A stretch of 63,607 nucleotides of DNA, the filler included, from Pelomyxa schiedti (Eukaryota > Protista > Evosea): assembly GCA_020536535.1 (NCBI GenBank). It is 10 parts of 10 records of this genome, joined end to end, with 100 filler letters (N's around TTAATTAATTAA, not from the genome) between each part and the next. Parts side by side here need not be neighbours in the genome. Positions count along the whole stretch, not along the records: positions 47,598 to 50,199 come from JAHLWZ010001946.1; positions 50,300 to 56,182 come from JAHLWZ010001464.1; positions 56,283 to 58,469 come from JAHLWZ010002086.1; positions 58,570 to 60,798 come from JAHLWZ010002061.1; 6 more parts are not named here. One strand, written 5' to 3'. Shown in pieces: positions 48,768-60,898 of the stretch (position 1 is the stretch's first letter; each line of letters opens with the position of its first letter). Below the pieces are notes generated by a model, which had not been told where the DNA came from, did no database searches, and was given only the letters and a program-made list of their open reading frames with translations. Both the position numbers and the translations under genes were made by a program.

Positions 48768-50199
48768 ATGCCCAAGGTCTGGAGTGCCCTGGCCACCGTG
48801 TTCTGCTTGGCCAGCCTTACAGGTTGGAAATGGGTTCCTTTTTACTCATGCCAATGGTCACATCACAGGTGCTGAGGGAGGTACTTGCACCACATACAAT
48901 ATCACTGCCAAGCTGCCATTTACATTTCACGGCGACTGTGATGGCACTAACCAAACCTTTAGTTCACTTGTTACAAACCCATGTGTGTCCCCACCTCCGT
49001 CCAAGAAAATCGAATATTAACCCTTGAAAGGTCGGATTTTCACTTTCACACCCACCAATTCGTCCAAGCTCCTTGCCCACGCGTGCGATACCAACCGAAG
49101 CGCACAAATTTCGGTTCAAGACGGATGTCCCACCGGGACCAATGTGTCGAGTGACGGTGGAACCTGCAAGCTTTCACAAGCAGCGCAATGGAACGCCACT
49201 GCCGGAGTCACATATTACATCGCTGTTTCTGTGGACCCACCTTTCGAACTCGTAGTAACAGGTTCGTTTCTTTTTCGTAGCGACTTCTTAGACCAGTTTT
49301 CAGACAATTCCCTGCACTGCGATGAAGCTATTCCCACTTATGACGGTTTCCGATACCAGGGGGATACCTCAACCGCGGGGGGTGTGTTCCCTCCCTGCAA
49401 CGGTGGGGAATACAGCAAAGGTACAAATAGATAATATCAATTCACAACTAACTGAAGCACACCGCACTCTCCTGTACTTCCTGCTTGGCCACCTGTGTTG
49501 TTGCAGGCATCTTGTTTTCATGGACTCCAAAGAACACAGACATTGGCTCTGTGGCCACCATTTCCGCATGCGACGCCAATTTCAATACGAATATCCTTGC
49601 GTGGTCAACAACATCCACGACGTGCAGTGAGAACTCACCGGCATGTCTCTCCTACTTAAAGGGTTGCTATCCAATCTCTGGCAGCGTGGGTGAGTATTGG
49701 GGCGCGAGTGTTCAGTTTCAGGTTTCAGAAGTTACACATTATTGGTTCTTGGTCACTGGAAAGAGCACTCAGACTGTGAGAGAAGGGAGAGTGAATGTGA
49801 CTTTTTCAGGTTTGTTTTTTTTTTTGGTGGGAAAACGCCTTCATGCCTCTTTTTTTCTCCAGTGGTACCTATGTCATGTGATACAATCAACATCACATCA
49901 CTTCCATTCACCTTTGAAGTGAACACAACTCAGTTTGGTTATACAAATTCCATGGCTAAAGAATACGCTGTAAGAGGTTTCTTTTCCTCTCTTCCTTCTT
50001 CCTTTTTTTTCTCTAATTAGCACTATAATCCAGGAGCCATTTTCAGATGGCACAATCCATTCTCCACAATCTCCATTGTTGCCGACACGTGTTCTTCTGA
50101 CTCTGTGAACATCGACTCAGCTCTGTATTCTTATGAGGCTTCCTTGCTGGAGTGCTCCACAACATTGTCTGACACAGCAAGTTCTGATGCCAAATACAA
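48768..50199 (+). CDS. Secreted/surface protein with repeated Cys-containing beta domains (partial, multi-exon)
   Basis: Signal MPKVWSALATVFCLASLT; repeats NITAKLPFTF/NITSLPFTF and ATAGVTYYIAV/VSEVTHYWFLV; many NxS/T sites. Confidence 0.7.
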
Positions 50200-50299
50200 N
50201 NNNNNNNNNNNNNNNNNNNNNNNNNNNNNNNNNNNNNNNNNNNTTAATTAATTAANNNNNNNNNNNNNNNNNNNNNNNNNNNNNNNNNNNNNNNNNNNN

Positions 50300-50520
50300 T
50301 TAGGGAAATGACTATGGGCCTAACATCATCAGGCTGCTGTGGTTTGGCGAAAGGGAGGAGGTTCCCTCCAGACCATGTGGGTTGTATTGAGGCAGGGATT
50401 GGTATGGATCCACAGTGGACGCCCTTCATGAAGTCATGCAAACTAGCACCTGCCTTCAGTAGGGCCTGCCAATGCTCATACCTGTACCCCCATTGATCTT
50501 GTGAGGAGCTTCGTTTTTTT
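50300..50520 (-). mobile_element. Non-LTR retrotransposon RT N-terminal fragment, CRE/SLACS-like
   Basis: SSQDQWGYRYEHW...GGNLLPFAKPQQPDDVRPIVIS resembles RT domains 0-2 of that clade. Confidence 0.5.
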
Positions 50521-52231
50521 TTTTTTTTCGGCTCTCCTGGAAACACACTGCCCAGGGAGCCCCATTAACGGTCTGCCTGGGCTGCGCACTTCCCACCAAC
50601 TTGGAGGCCCCAGTGGGGTGATAATAAAAAGGGAATGTACCTTGGTAATAGATTGAGTAGGCAGGTTGGCCTACACCTAAATAATACCTTGAGCCTGGAG
50701 AAAAAGTACAAAGTGCTGGAAATGCAGAAAAGGGCAGAAATCGAAAAAGAAAAAAGGAGGAGTTGCACACCAGCACCACAAGGTGCCAGAAACAGAAGAC
50801 CCATTTCAACACAGGTTGAATGTGGGAAAAGAAAAAAACAAATCTGGGGATTGGAGGTCAGGGAATAGTGGGGTGGACAATGAAAAGGCGAAAACCTGAT
50901 GAGGAAAAGCAGAGCAGAGCTGCACACACAATTCCCCTGAGTGGTGTCAGTAGAGGATACCTATTATGTTTAAGTTTGGGGTGATGATGAAAAGGAGAGG
51001 GGGATTTACCATGGTGACCAGGCTGTCATGGCAAGTCCACCACCAACTGTAAAGGTGAAACGAGAAAAAGAAGAAATAACATACCAGTGGCTGAGCTGCT
51101 GAAAGTAACAGAGGGCCCCAACGCCAACACTCCCATGTGCATACAGTGTGAATGCAGAAAAAGGATCTAGAGAGTGGAGGTGAGTTATATACCAGTGGAA
51201 TGGAGCTGAGCTGCACACGCATTCTGCTGACATCCACAACACCACCTGGTTTTCAAATGTGAAAATCGAAAAAGAAAAACGGAGAAGAGAAATGGAAACA
51301 TACGCAGTGCCCCTTCTCCTCGTCATTGAATCTTCAATGACCTGTGTTGTTGTGAGAACAAGAACAAAAACAAAAACAAGACTAGCCAAACAAAATAAAA
51401 CAAACTTAAATCACACAAGACCAAGAAAAACAAAGTAACAAAGACTGGTGCAACCTCAACATAAAATAAAAAAATTAAAAACAAGCACATCGGGGAAAGA
51501 CCTGTGTCACCAAAATGCGACGTTCTGTCGCACCACCATCCACCGTTACACGCCACAGAAAGGCAAATTTATATTTTATTTATTCCTTCTTTACAATTGA
51601 AACAAAAGAGACAGAAACAACATGTTCCCCAAAACACCACACTAAGCACTAAGGCAGATCGGCTTGCTGCAGTCTGCACCAAATGAGAGGAGACAAGTGC
51701 ATAAACAAGGAACTCAGTTAATTAAGCCTGGGTGCCTTGGTCCCTTCCCGGTTGGAGCTAATCTACTTCTGCGTCTGACTTGGTGTTTCAGGGTGTAAGG
51801 GAGAAGACGTAACCACACAAAAGGGTGCAAAGCCACTTTTGTGTGGGCCCCAAGGAAGTACTGCAAGGAGGGCAAGGTGATGGACAGGGAGGGGCAGAAA
51901 CGAGTGGGGAATGCAGTGGTGGTGGTTTTGAGGCAGCAACGTGGTGCTGCAAGGGAGATACAAGCTCAGGCAAAATGAGGCTCAGTGACTGAACCACAGC
52001 TTCATCAAAGTGATCCATCTTTCACACCACCATTCCAGTTGCTGTGCGCTCTCACTGACACACTTGCACAGCTCAAAAGGTTCCAGTTTGATGAGCGCAC
52101 AAAGCTACAATGGTAGTTGGCCGCGATTCCCTTTTTCTTCCTTGTACTGCATGACGAGAAAAAGCTTCAGGGTGGAAACCACCCCAAAACTGGAAGCATG
52201 TCTTAAGACCAACCATTTTTTCCCATCAACC

Positions 52232-53665
52232 ATGGCCACAAACAAACTAGCCGGCAGTGTGGTGACAATGGTTGTTGACAACATTTTGGTAATGCCTGGC
52301 GCAACGTACACTGGTTGGGTGGTCGATGGCAACCCCGACGGCAGGGGCACCCTAAAATGGCCAGACGGCGGCACGTACGACGGTGTGTGGCTCAACGGAG
52401 CCAGGACGGGCTGAGGGGTGTACAAGGGGCCTGATGGCGACACCCACAAGGGAGAGTGGTCAACAACAAGAGGGATGGGTGGGGTGTGGAACACAGGGCC
52501 GATGGCAGCTGGTTTGAGGGGCTGTGGAGGGACAACCACTGGAAAAGGGGAATGTGGCACGACAGCAACAGTGTGGATGTGAGGGATGGTGAGTGGGTGT
52601 ATAACGCAACTGCAAATTATCATGAGATGCAGGGGTGGGGTGCCACAGTAAAAATGGTGGTCATGGTGTATGAGGGCGAGTGGGACAGGCACCAGTGGCA
52701 CGGTGTGGGAATGTGGAGGTCACCTGATGGCTCGGGTGACATCTACCATGGTCAGTTTGACCACGGCAAGAAATGTGGAACAGGGAGTATCCTGTTTGGT
52801 GCTGGAGGAGGGAGTTATGTTGGGGAGTGGAAGGATGATGTGTTCCATGGTCGGGGTGTGAGGCTGTGGGCAAACAGTGACAGGTATGATGGCCAGTGGG
52901 TCGGTGGCAAGGAGAATGGTGAAGGAACCAAGACATGGTGCAGGGATGGCTCGTCGTTCACTGGGTTGTGGGAGGGTGGTGTTCCAACAAAGGGGATGAG
53001 GAGGTGGCCAAATGGTGACATGTTTGAAGGCACATTCACACAAGTGCCCCAGGGTGGTGGTGGAAGCAATTGTGAGTTCCATGGGGAGGGTGCACTGACA
53101 CTATCCAAGCGGCCATCTGGGGGTGTTGGCATGCTGAAGGTAACTCTCCACAGCAACCTCTTTCAAGGTGTAAGTGTAGGAGTCCAACATCAAATGGGAT
53201 CATCACTTCCACAATTTGAACACCATGAACAGATCGAGGTGTGTAGTTCTTTTTGATGGGGTTGTGGCTGCTTGGCTCACAAATAAAAATACAGAAACTT
53301 AAAAAAGACCACAACAAAGAGAAAAGCGATCTTGAGGCAAAACTGAAAGAAGAAATGAGAGCAGCCAAAGAACACTGGGAAGTGTGTGCTGTGTCTCTTA
53401 CTCTCTCTCTCTCTTTACAATCCAATTCATTGCTTCTGACACATGTTCCTTTCCCACTTAAAGCAAGTCACAGAAAGAAATAATGAACAGCACAGTGAGC
53501 AAATCAACCAAGTGAAGAAAAACCTCCAACAACTGCAAGAGAAACTACAAAAAACCCAAGAAGAAGATGATGATGAAAGGAAGTCAGTTCTCGCCAGCCT
53601 TCCTGAACTGAGGGAAGCTTTCGAATCAGCGAAGTTGTTCCAGTCTCAGTTGGTGACTTTCAGCA
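52232..53665 (+). pseudogene. MORN-repeat + coiled-coil gene, disabled
   Basis: YxGxWxxxxxxGxG repeats; in-frame TGA at 52412, frameshift near 52455, 3' end cut by an LTR. Confidence 0.8.
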
Positions 53666-54720
53666 TGTAGGCTGTTTCAGAACCCACATCCAGCAGACCT
53701 AAATCACACTCACCCAAACCGGACCAGATCGGCTATAGTTCTATCAGCAGTCGTGGTGACATCACCACACACACTGTTTAGAACTATCCTAAAGGATTAG
53801 AAGTTATAGAAAATAAGAGAGAACACTTTTGTTCGCTTGCCGACTTTCGTTTCGGACATCTACAAGGGCTCGTCTTACACGTGGTGGAGTGCTTAAATCG
53901 ATCCCGTTATGCCTATTACACCCAAAAACTACAGTGGGAACACCCGCACTAACACAGCAGAGAGCAAAGCAGCGGCAAGAGTATCCACCAAGAAAAAGAA
54001 GAGTCACCACAATGCTCTTGATTCAGCTACACCACCAGGCAAGGCCGTAATGGAAACGGGTGCCAGGGCAGACGACACCGCACCGAGCAACCACACACCG
54101 AGTAGGGCCACACAAGAGAAAACACCCAGCACAAGCAGTGTTTCCAAGGAGGTGCAACATCCTACGGGGGCCCACCAACCACCCACAAGGAAGGGGACCG
54201 TACAGTCAAGGTTACAACGCGCGACGCAGCCGACTCGTCACTCATGCAACAGTTCAATGAGGCGGCCGAAGGAGATGATGACGTTGCGGAGGATGATGAG
54301 CGAACGGAAGAGGTAGAAGTAGAACGCGTGCACAACACAAGATGCGTGGAGGACTTGGCCAGCACCAAGTGTGTCGAGCCTTGGCAGCTGAAGGCTGTGG
54401 ACCCAGTGCTGATGCGGCCTGAGCACCTGCTCATATGGCTGGAGGACTTCCACAACCTCACCAGGAACCAGCGGCTGACGACTGAGTGGACCAACCAACT
54501 GTTTCGTAGCTTGATAAAAGGGGTGGCAGCACCATGGGCCCATGAAATACCCAATGATGCCTACCCTCCCAGCGTGCTGGAAAGCTGCCGCAACCACTTC
54601 ATTGGGGAGGCTGGCATGGAGAGACTGCGACGGGACGTGGCCGAAACTAGGCAATCACCGTCAGAGTCAGTGTCCACCTACATCAGGAAGATGGTGCAGC
54701 GCTGGCATTGTGCCGGGCCA
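53666..54720 (+). mobile_element. LTR retrotransposon 1: 5' LTR (53666-53879), PBS, degenerate gag
   Basis: TGTA...TACA ends; PBS TGGTGGAG at 53882; ATG 53909; gag motifs WLEDF, LIKGVAAPW, RQSPSESVSTYI. Confidence 0.75.
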
Positions 54721-56182
54721 TGTTGGGAATGCAAAATGGATCGCAAGATGGTTGTTCCCCCAAACACACAAACTGGAAGCAAACCCGGGTTGGGTATTGC
54801 AGTGCTAATATCTCTAACACACCTCCCTCTAATACACTGGTGGCCAGCGCACCCACCAGGAATAAACTGGCGAGAGAGGTTGGATTGTTGGGCCCTCCAC
54901 TCGAATATAAACCTACGTGTGAGGCTGGATTGTTGGGCCCACCACACAATCAGAATATTTATAGTCATGGAGAGATATTGGGGCACTACGTCACCCCTGG
55001 AACCGTGGTATTGGCAGTTGTTAACCCTACACTGGCCACAGTAAGTCAGTAAGTCCATCTGTGATATCTCTTAAGGGAGCTAAAGGGACACTCAGGGGGG
55101 ACCCTGAGGAAAATCTGTTAGACCACAATAGATATGACGTCACCATCACCCAAGCCTTAGGACCCTTAGAATAAAGTAGTTTACGAAGAAAATAGAACCC
55201 CCTTAAGTCCACTATCGCACGTTTTTAAGCTAGATAACACGTGGTGGAGGTACAGTACGATCCCTATGCCTAACAACAAGGGCGGAAGAATCGCTAAGAG
55301 CGATAATACCAAGCGAAAAGTAAACGAGGAGTCTGAGGATGGGGAGAGCACCTCCTCTGAGGAAGAGGGAGATAAGGGAGTGGAAACACACAAAGATACA
55401 AAAGCGAGTGTGGAGACACAAAAAGCGCTCACACAAGCCACAAAAGGGCCCGCAGCAGCCAAAGACACACCCAAAGGGAAGGCAACACCAAAAACACCAA
55501 AAACAGGGAAAACACAACAGCTAACACAGACTGAGCAAAAGAACACACAGAAAACCACCAACACAGGGGCAAATAAAACACCACAGAAGAGAAAGGAACA
55601 AGCAGGTGCAAGACTTAGTGCAAGCGCCATCAGACGAGGCAAACCAACACCAACACCTATGCCAAGCCGTAACGGGATCGCACCTGGTACAGGGACTCAA
55701 CAAGTGCCCCTAGGAAACGTTGCAACACAGCTCTTCCCAACAGACACAGAGACGATGTTAGCGAACAGGACCTTCACTCTGGCACACAGTCAGTCTAGTA
55801 TCTGTAGATGTATTTTGGACACCATCAACCCAACTCACATGTCGACTGGCAGGGTGTTGAAATGGATTGCCGAATTTGAGAATAATATTCGCAGTAGACA
55901 GCTCTTGGTCGTGAGCGACGCTGCTGGCTGTGTGCGCACCCGACCCACTTTGCACCTTTGCACTAATGCAACCCCACGAAAGCCCCCAGAGGAAACGTAG
56001 ACTCACTAGTCTGAGTGATGCAGAGGCGGTGAGTGAATTCCGTCTGGCAATGGACAGACCAGCCAATAGTTGGATGCAAGGACTACCTGCTGACCTGGGG
56101 TGTGCTGACATGATTTACAACTTCAGGGAGACTTATGTTGATGATGCAAAGAGGGAGAAGTACAAGCAGAAGCTATCCAAGA
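54721..56182 (+). mobile_element. LTR retrotransposon 2 nested in element 1: 5' LTR (54721-55239), PBS, gag
   Basis: TGTT...AACA ends; PBS TGGTGGAG at 55242; ATG 55266; WIAEFEN...AMDRPANSW aligns with gag 1. Confidence 0.75.
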
Positions 56183-56665
56183 NNNNNNNNNNNNNNNNNN
56201 NNNNNNNNNNNNNNNNNNNNNNNNNNTTAATTAATTAANNNNNNNNNNNNNNNNNNNNNNNNNNNNNNNNNNNNNNNNNNNNAACCATCAGCACACTGGA
56301 AGAGATCACTGTTGCCTTACCCAACACAGACCTTCACAATGACCTGGACCTCCACATTAGAATCTCCATCGTTCCCAACAACCTCAGCGAAACCGTGCAT
56401 CAAGTCCACGTTTGTTTCGTGGCCGTCATCCACCATCCTGACCATTCTGACAACCCAGTGTGCTGCGTTGATGGTGCCACTGAAATGCACACCCAGGGCC
56501 ATTCCTATGATGTGTCCCACATATTCAAAGCCACAATGCACAGCACACATCTACAACCTTCCCTCTCTGTGTCTGTTTACACAGTGTTCATCATTTTGCT
56601 CCCCTAGTTTTGGAAAACTTAAAAAATAAAAAAGTGTTTATTAACTTGAAGCTTCTACTACACAA

Positions 56666-58469
56666 CTACTGACAGTTATTAATGCATTCAGGAGTGTTGG
56701 AGCCTGTGGCTAGGGCATAGGCCATGCGTAGACCCACCCTTGCACCTTGAACCATTCCGGACAAGTCGGAGTTTTCCCGATAGGCATCACAGGGCTGATG
56801 GTAGCACGTGGATTCAAATGGTATCACAACATCTTCGAGGTAGTGCTCCGGTTTGTCAATGAAATTGGTCCCTAGAGGTCTGTTGGGTTGGCTCAAAAAT
56901 TGGTGCAGCCTAACCTTGGCGAGGCCAGATTGCGGGTATGCCTTGTTTTGACAGTGACCATTGGTCACCACGGAAGTACCCAGACCCAGAAACCCCAGTA
57001 ATGAAGGTTATGTCTTCTTTCTCAGCTGCCCATCTTTGTGTAATTAATTAACGAGAGGTGCTAGATACACTTACTCTTCTAGTGCGCCTAGGGTAGACTT
57101 GTCTGCTCCCTCACCCCCCATGTCATAGGTTGCACCCCAAGTGTTAGGGGAGTCGAAATTAAGTCCTGCTACGAGTTTTGTTCCTTGCTCAAGTGCAGTT
57201 GGCAGATGGTTGACAAAATAGTCAGAGCCAAAAAGACCAGCTTCTTCAGCAGTTGCCAGCAGGAAAATGATACTTCGTTCAAGTGGATCATCCAATCTTC
57301 TTGTTGTTAATCGCGTGTAACGGTTTTTGTGTGAGTGTTTTGACTTCCACCCCTCACCCTCTTCCTCCTCTCTTTTTTCACTCTGGGGATACTCCGTACG
57401 TCATTTGTGACCAAGCATAAGCTATTTCCATCACAACACTTGATCCGGCGGCATTATCAATGGCACCAGGATAAACAGTTCCATTTTTCATACCAACACC
57501 ATCAATGTGTCCAAGTATAACAACAGTTTCAGTTGTACTTCCCTTTTTCATGCCAAGGGTATTTGTTCCAGAGAAGTCCACACATGCTAGAAAATGTCTA
57601 TTAGCTAGCAGCCGAATTGCGATGGGACTTACTGAACGTCACACTAACAGATATGTCCAGAGGAATAGGTTGAGGAATAAACTCAGCAAGCTCTGCTTCA
57701 TTAAACCACTCCTCAAGAGTTGAATTACAAGAGGCTGCGATTTCCCCTCCATAATACTCGGTAACCTGGAAGGAGTCAAAACCATTAACCTCTGCAATAT
57801 GAAAGAAATCACCCAGCCAGTAAGCAGGGGCACAGCTGTACTTGTGGCTTCCTGCCTTGCCTTGGCATATCCCCAACCCGCCTGGACAACATTCCACTCA
57901 TACTCAGCTGAGGAGGGTGTGTGAACAAGAAAAATTGCTTTAGCTCCTTGTCGGGAAGCTTCTTCGTATCTGTTTTGATTTATTGATTGCGGAGAAGGGG
58001 TGGGGAGTTGTATGCATACTTGTACACCCAGCGAGAATACCACCTGTATGGTTGATCAGCCCATACACCACTCTTGGGCTGCCCAACAAAGCAAATGAGT
58101 ACTTTTCCGGTGACATTAACCTTGTAATCATTCCATCCAAGATCTGGAGCGTTGATACCATAACCAACAAAAACCAGTTCTAGACAAAGTAAGTGTGTTT
58201 CCCTGCATTTCTACAACATACCTTCATTTGCTAACTCTATGGTCTGGAGAGAAGAAAGAGGGTACGGAGAAGTTGCTACATAATCATAATACCACGAGAG
58301 GCTTAAAGTCCCTGAGGTACCTTGCAAAGTCATCACACTTTCATCGAGAGGAGTGACGTCCTGCATGCACATAAATTAAAATACTACACATACTTACCAA
58401 CCTGAAGGGGGACATATTGATAATATGTTCCGTTATCACCAGCTGGGTCCAGTCCCCAAAGTGTGAATT
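56666..58469 (-). CDS. M28 family metallopeptidase with PA domain (partial, multi-exon)
   Basis: LVFVGYGINAPDLGWNDY, YEEASRQGA, GHIDGVG...GAIDNAAG, TAEEAGLFGS, LNFD, YHQPCD. Confidence 0.88.
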
Positions 58470-58730
58470 NNNNNNNNNNNNNNNNNNNNNNNNNNNNNNN
58501 NNNNNNNNNNNNNTTAATTAATTAANNNNNNNNNNNNNNNNNNNNNNNNNNNNNNNNNNNNNNNNNNNNTCCCGATTTTGTGCGTCGTTGTGCTGGAAAC
58601 ATTAATGGCATGGGTGGGTGTGGTTGGTCGGTGTTGCGACAGCTTGAGAGGGCCCACACTTACTCCCACACAAAACAGTCGTTTTGGCATTTTACCCAAA
58701 GTACCTAAAAACACCAACATAACTCCCTCG

Positions 58731-60798
58731 CTACATCATTTGTGCACAGATGATGTCGAGTTGGTGCTGTGCCTCAGAGTGTGCTTCAGCAGCAGCAAGT
58801 CTGAAGAACTTTGCTGCTGTTCTCAGGTCCACACTCCCCACTCCATCACCCAGTTTGTAACACCTTCCCAGGCTGTACAGGGGATCAATTTCACCACATA
58901 GAGCACCCATGTAGAAAAGCCCAACAGCTTTCTTGGTGTCCTTGGCAACACCCTGACCATTGTAGTAACAGAGTCCAAGTGCCTGGGCAGAAAAAGTGTG
59001 CCCAGTGTCAAGGGCCCTCTGAAAGAGTGCAGCAGCCTTGTTGAAGTCCTGCACAACGCCTGAACCATGGCAGTAACAGGCAGCCAGGTTGTGGATGGCA
59101 CCAGGAATCCCAGCCTCAGCACCCCTCTCATTCAGCACAAATTCCTTCAGCGAGTCCTTGACTACTCCCTGGCCCATGTAGTAGAAGAATGCAAGTTTGG
59201 GTGCTGAATTGATGTTGCCAGCATCCAGGGCTTGCTGGTGGAGAACAGCCGCCTTGTGGAAGTCTTGTCCAACACCTGTGCCCCAGTAGTAACACTCGGC
59301 CATTTCGTACATGGCCTCAGGGTGCCCATCAGCAGCAGCAGTCTGATACAACCATGCTGCTCTGGTGATGTCTTTGTCAACACCTTGTCCTCTGGAGTAG
59401 CAGAGTCCAAGATTGAAGGAAGACCTGGTGTTTCCAGCGTCAAGGGCCTTCTGGAAGAGAAGGGCAGCCTCATGGAAGTCCTGGCAAACACCTGTGCCAT
59501 TGTAGTAACACTCACCCAGGTTGTGAATTGCACTGGGATTGCCTCCTGCCATGACGGCCGTCTGATACAACTCTGCTGCTCTGGTTGCGTCCTTGTCAAT
59601 GCCTTGCCCATAGAAGTAACACCATCCAAGGGAGAACGCTGCCTGAGAATAGCCAGCATCCAGGGCCTGTTGGTAGAGCCGTGCGGCCTTGTGGAGGTCT
59701 TGCTCAACACCCGTGCCACGGTAGTAGCAGTCAGCCAGGTTGAAGACGGCAGCGGTGTTTCCAGAGTTGGCAGCAATCTGATACAACTCTGCTGCTCTGG
59801 TTGTGTCCTTGTCAACACCCAGTCCATTGAGGAAGCAGTTTCCAAGCCCACATGCTGCATCAGTATCACCGCCATCAAGGGCTTTCTTGTACAGCATTGC
59901 GGCATTGCAGAACTCTTTCTTAACTCCTATCCCATCATAGTAACAGTCACCCAGGTTTTTCATTGCCCCAGTGTGCCCGTCGTTGGCTGCCCTCTGGTAC
60001 AATTCTGCTGCCCTGGTTGTGTCCTTGTCCACACCCTTCCCATTTAAATAACACCACCCAAGGAAGTACGCTTTCTGGGTATTGCCAGCATCCAGGGCCT
60101 GCTGGTAGAGTTCTGCAGCCTTGTGGAAGTCTTGCTCAACACCGGCGCCATATAAGTAGCAGTCAGCCAGCATGCAGATAGCGTTGGTGTTCCCAGAGTT
60201 GGCAGCAATCTGATACAACTCTGCTGCCCTGGCCGTGTCCTTGCCAACACCAAGTCCATGGAAGAAGCAGTTTCCAAGCCCACACGCTGCTGTTGTATCA
60301 CCAGCATCAAAGGCTTGCTGGAAGAGTCTGGAGGCCTTGCCGAAGTCCTGCTTGACACCGGTGCTGAAGTAGTAACAATCGGCCAGTCTGTTCATTGCAC
60401 CACTGTGCCCATCGTTGGCAGCCCTCTCATACAACTCTGCTGCTCTGGTTGCGTCCTTGTCAACACCCTGCCCAAAGAAGTAACACCATCCAAGGGAAAA
60501 CGCTGCCTGGGTATTGCCAGCGTCCAGGGCCTGTTGGTAGAGCCCTGCGGCCTTGTGGAAGTCTTGCTCAACACCTGTGCCACTGTAGTAGCAGTAAGCC
60601 AGGTTGCAGATGGAAGGGAGGTTCCCATAATTGGCACCCATCTGATACAACTCGGCTGCCCTGGTTGTGTCCTTGTCAACACCATGGCCATTCTCATAGC
60701 AGCTGCCAAGGTCTACGAGAACTTCGCAGTTGCCACAGTCAACTGCTTTCTGAAACAGTGAGGCTGCTTTCTTGTGGTCTTTTTCAATACCGCCGTCG
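58731..60798 (-). CDS. Long Sel1-like repeat protein (about 18 repeats, 5' truncated)
   Basis: 36-aa repeats alternating NLADCYYxGxGVxQDFHKAA and LGWCYFxGxGVDKDxTRAA. Confidence 0.92.
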
Positions 60799-60898
60799 NN
60801 NNNNNNNNNNNNNNNNNNNNNNNNNNNNNNNNNNNNNNNNNNTTAATTAATTAANNNNNNNNNNNNNNNNNNNNNNNNNNNNNNNNNNNNNNNNNNNN

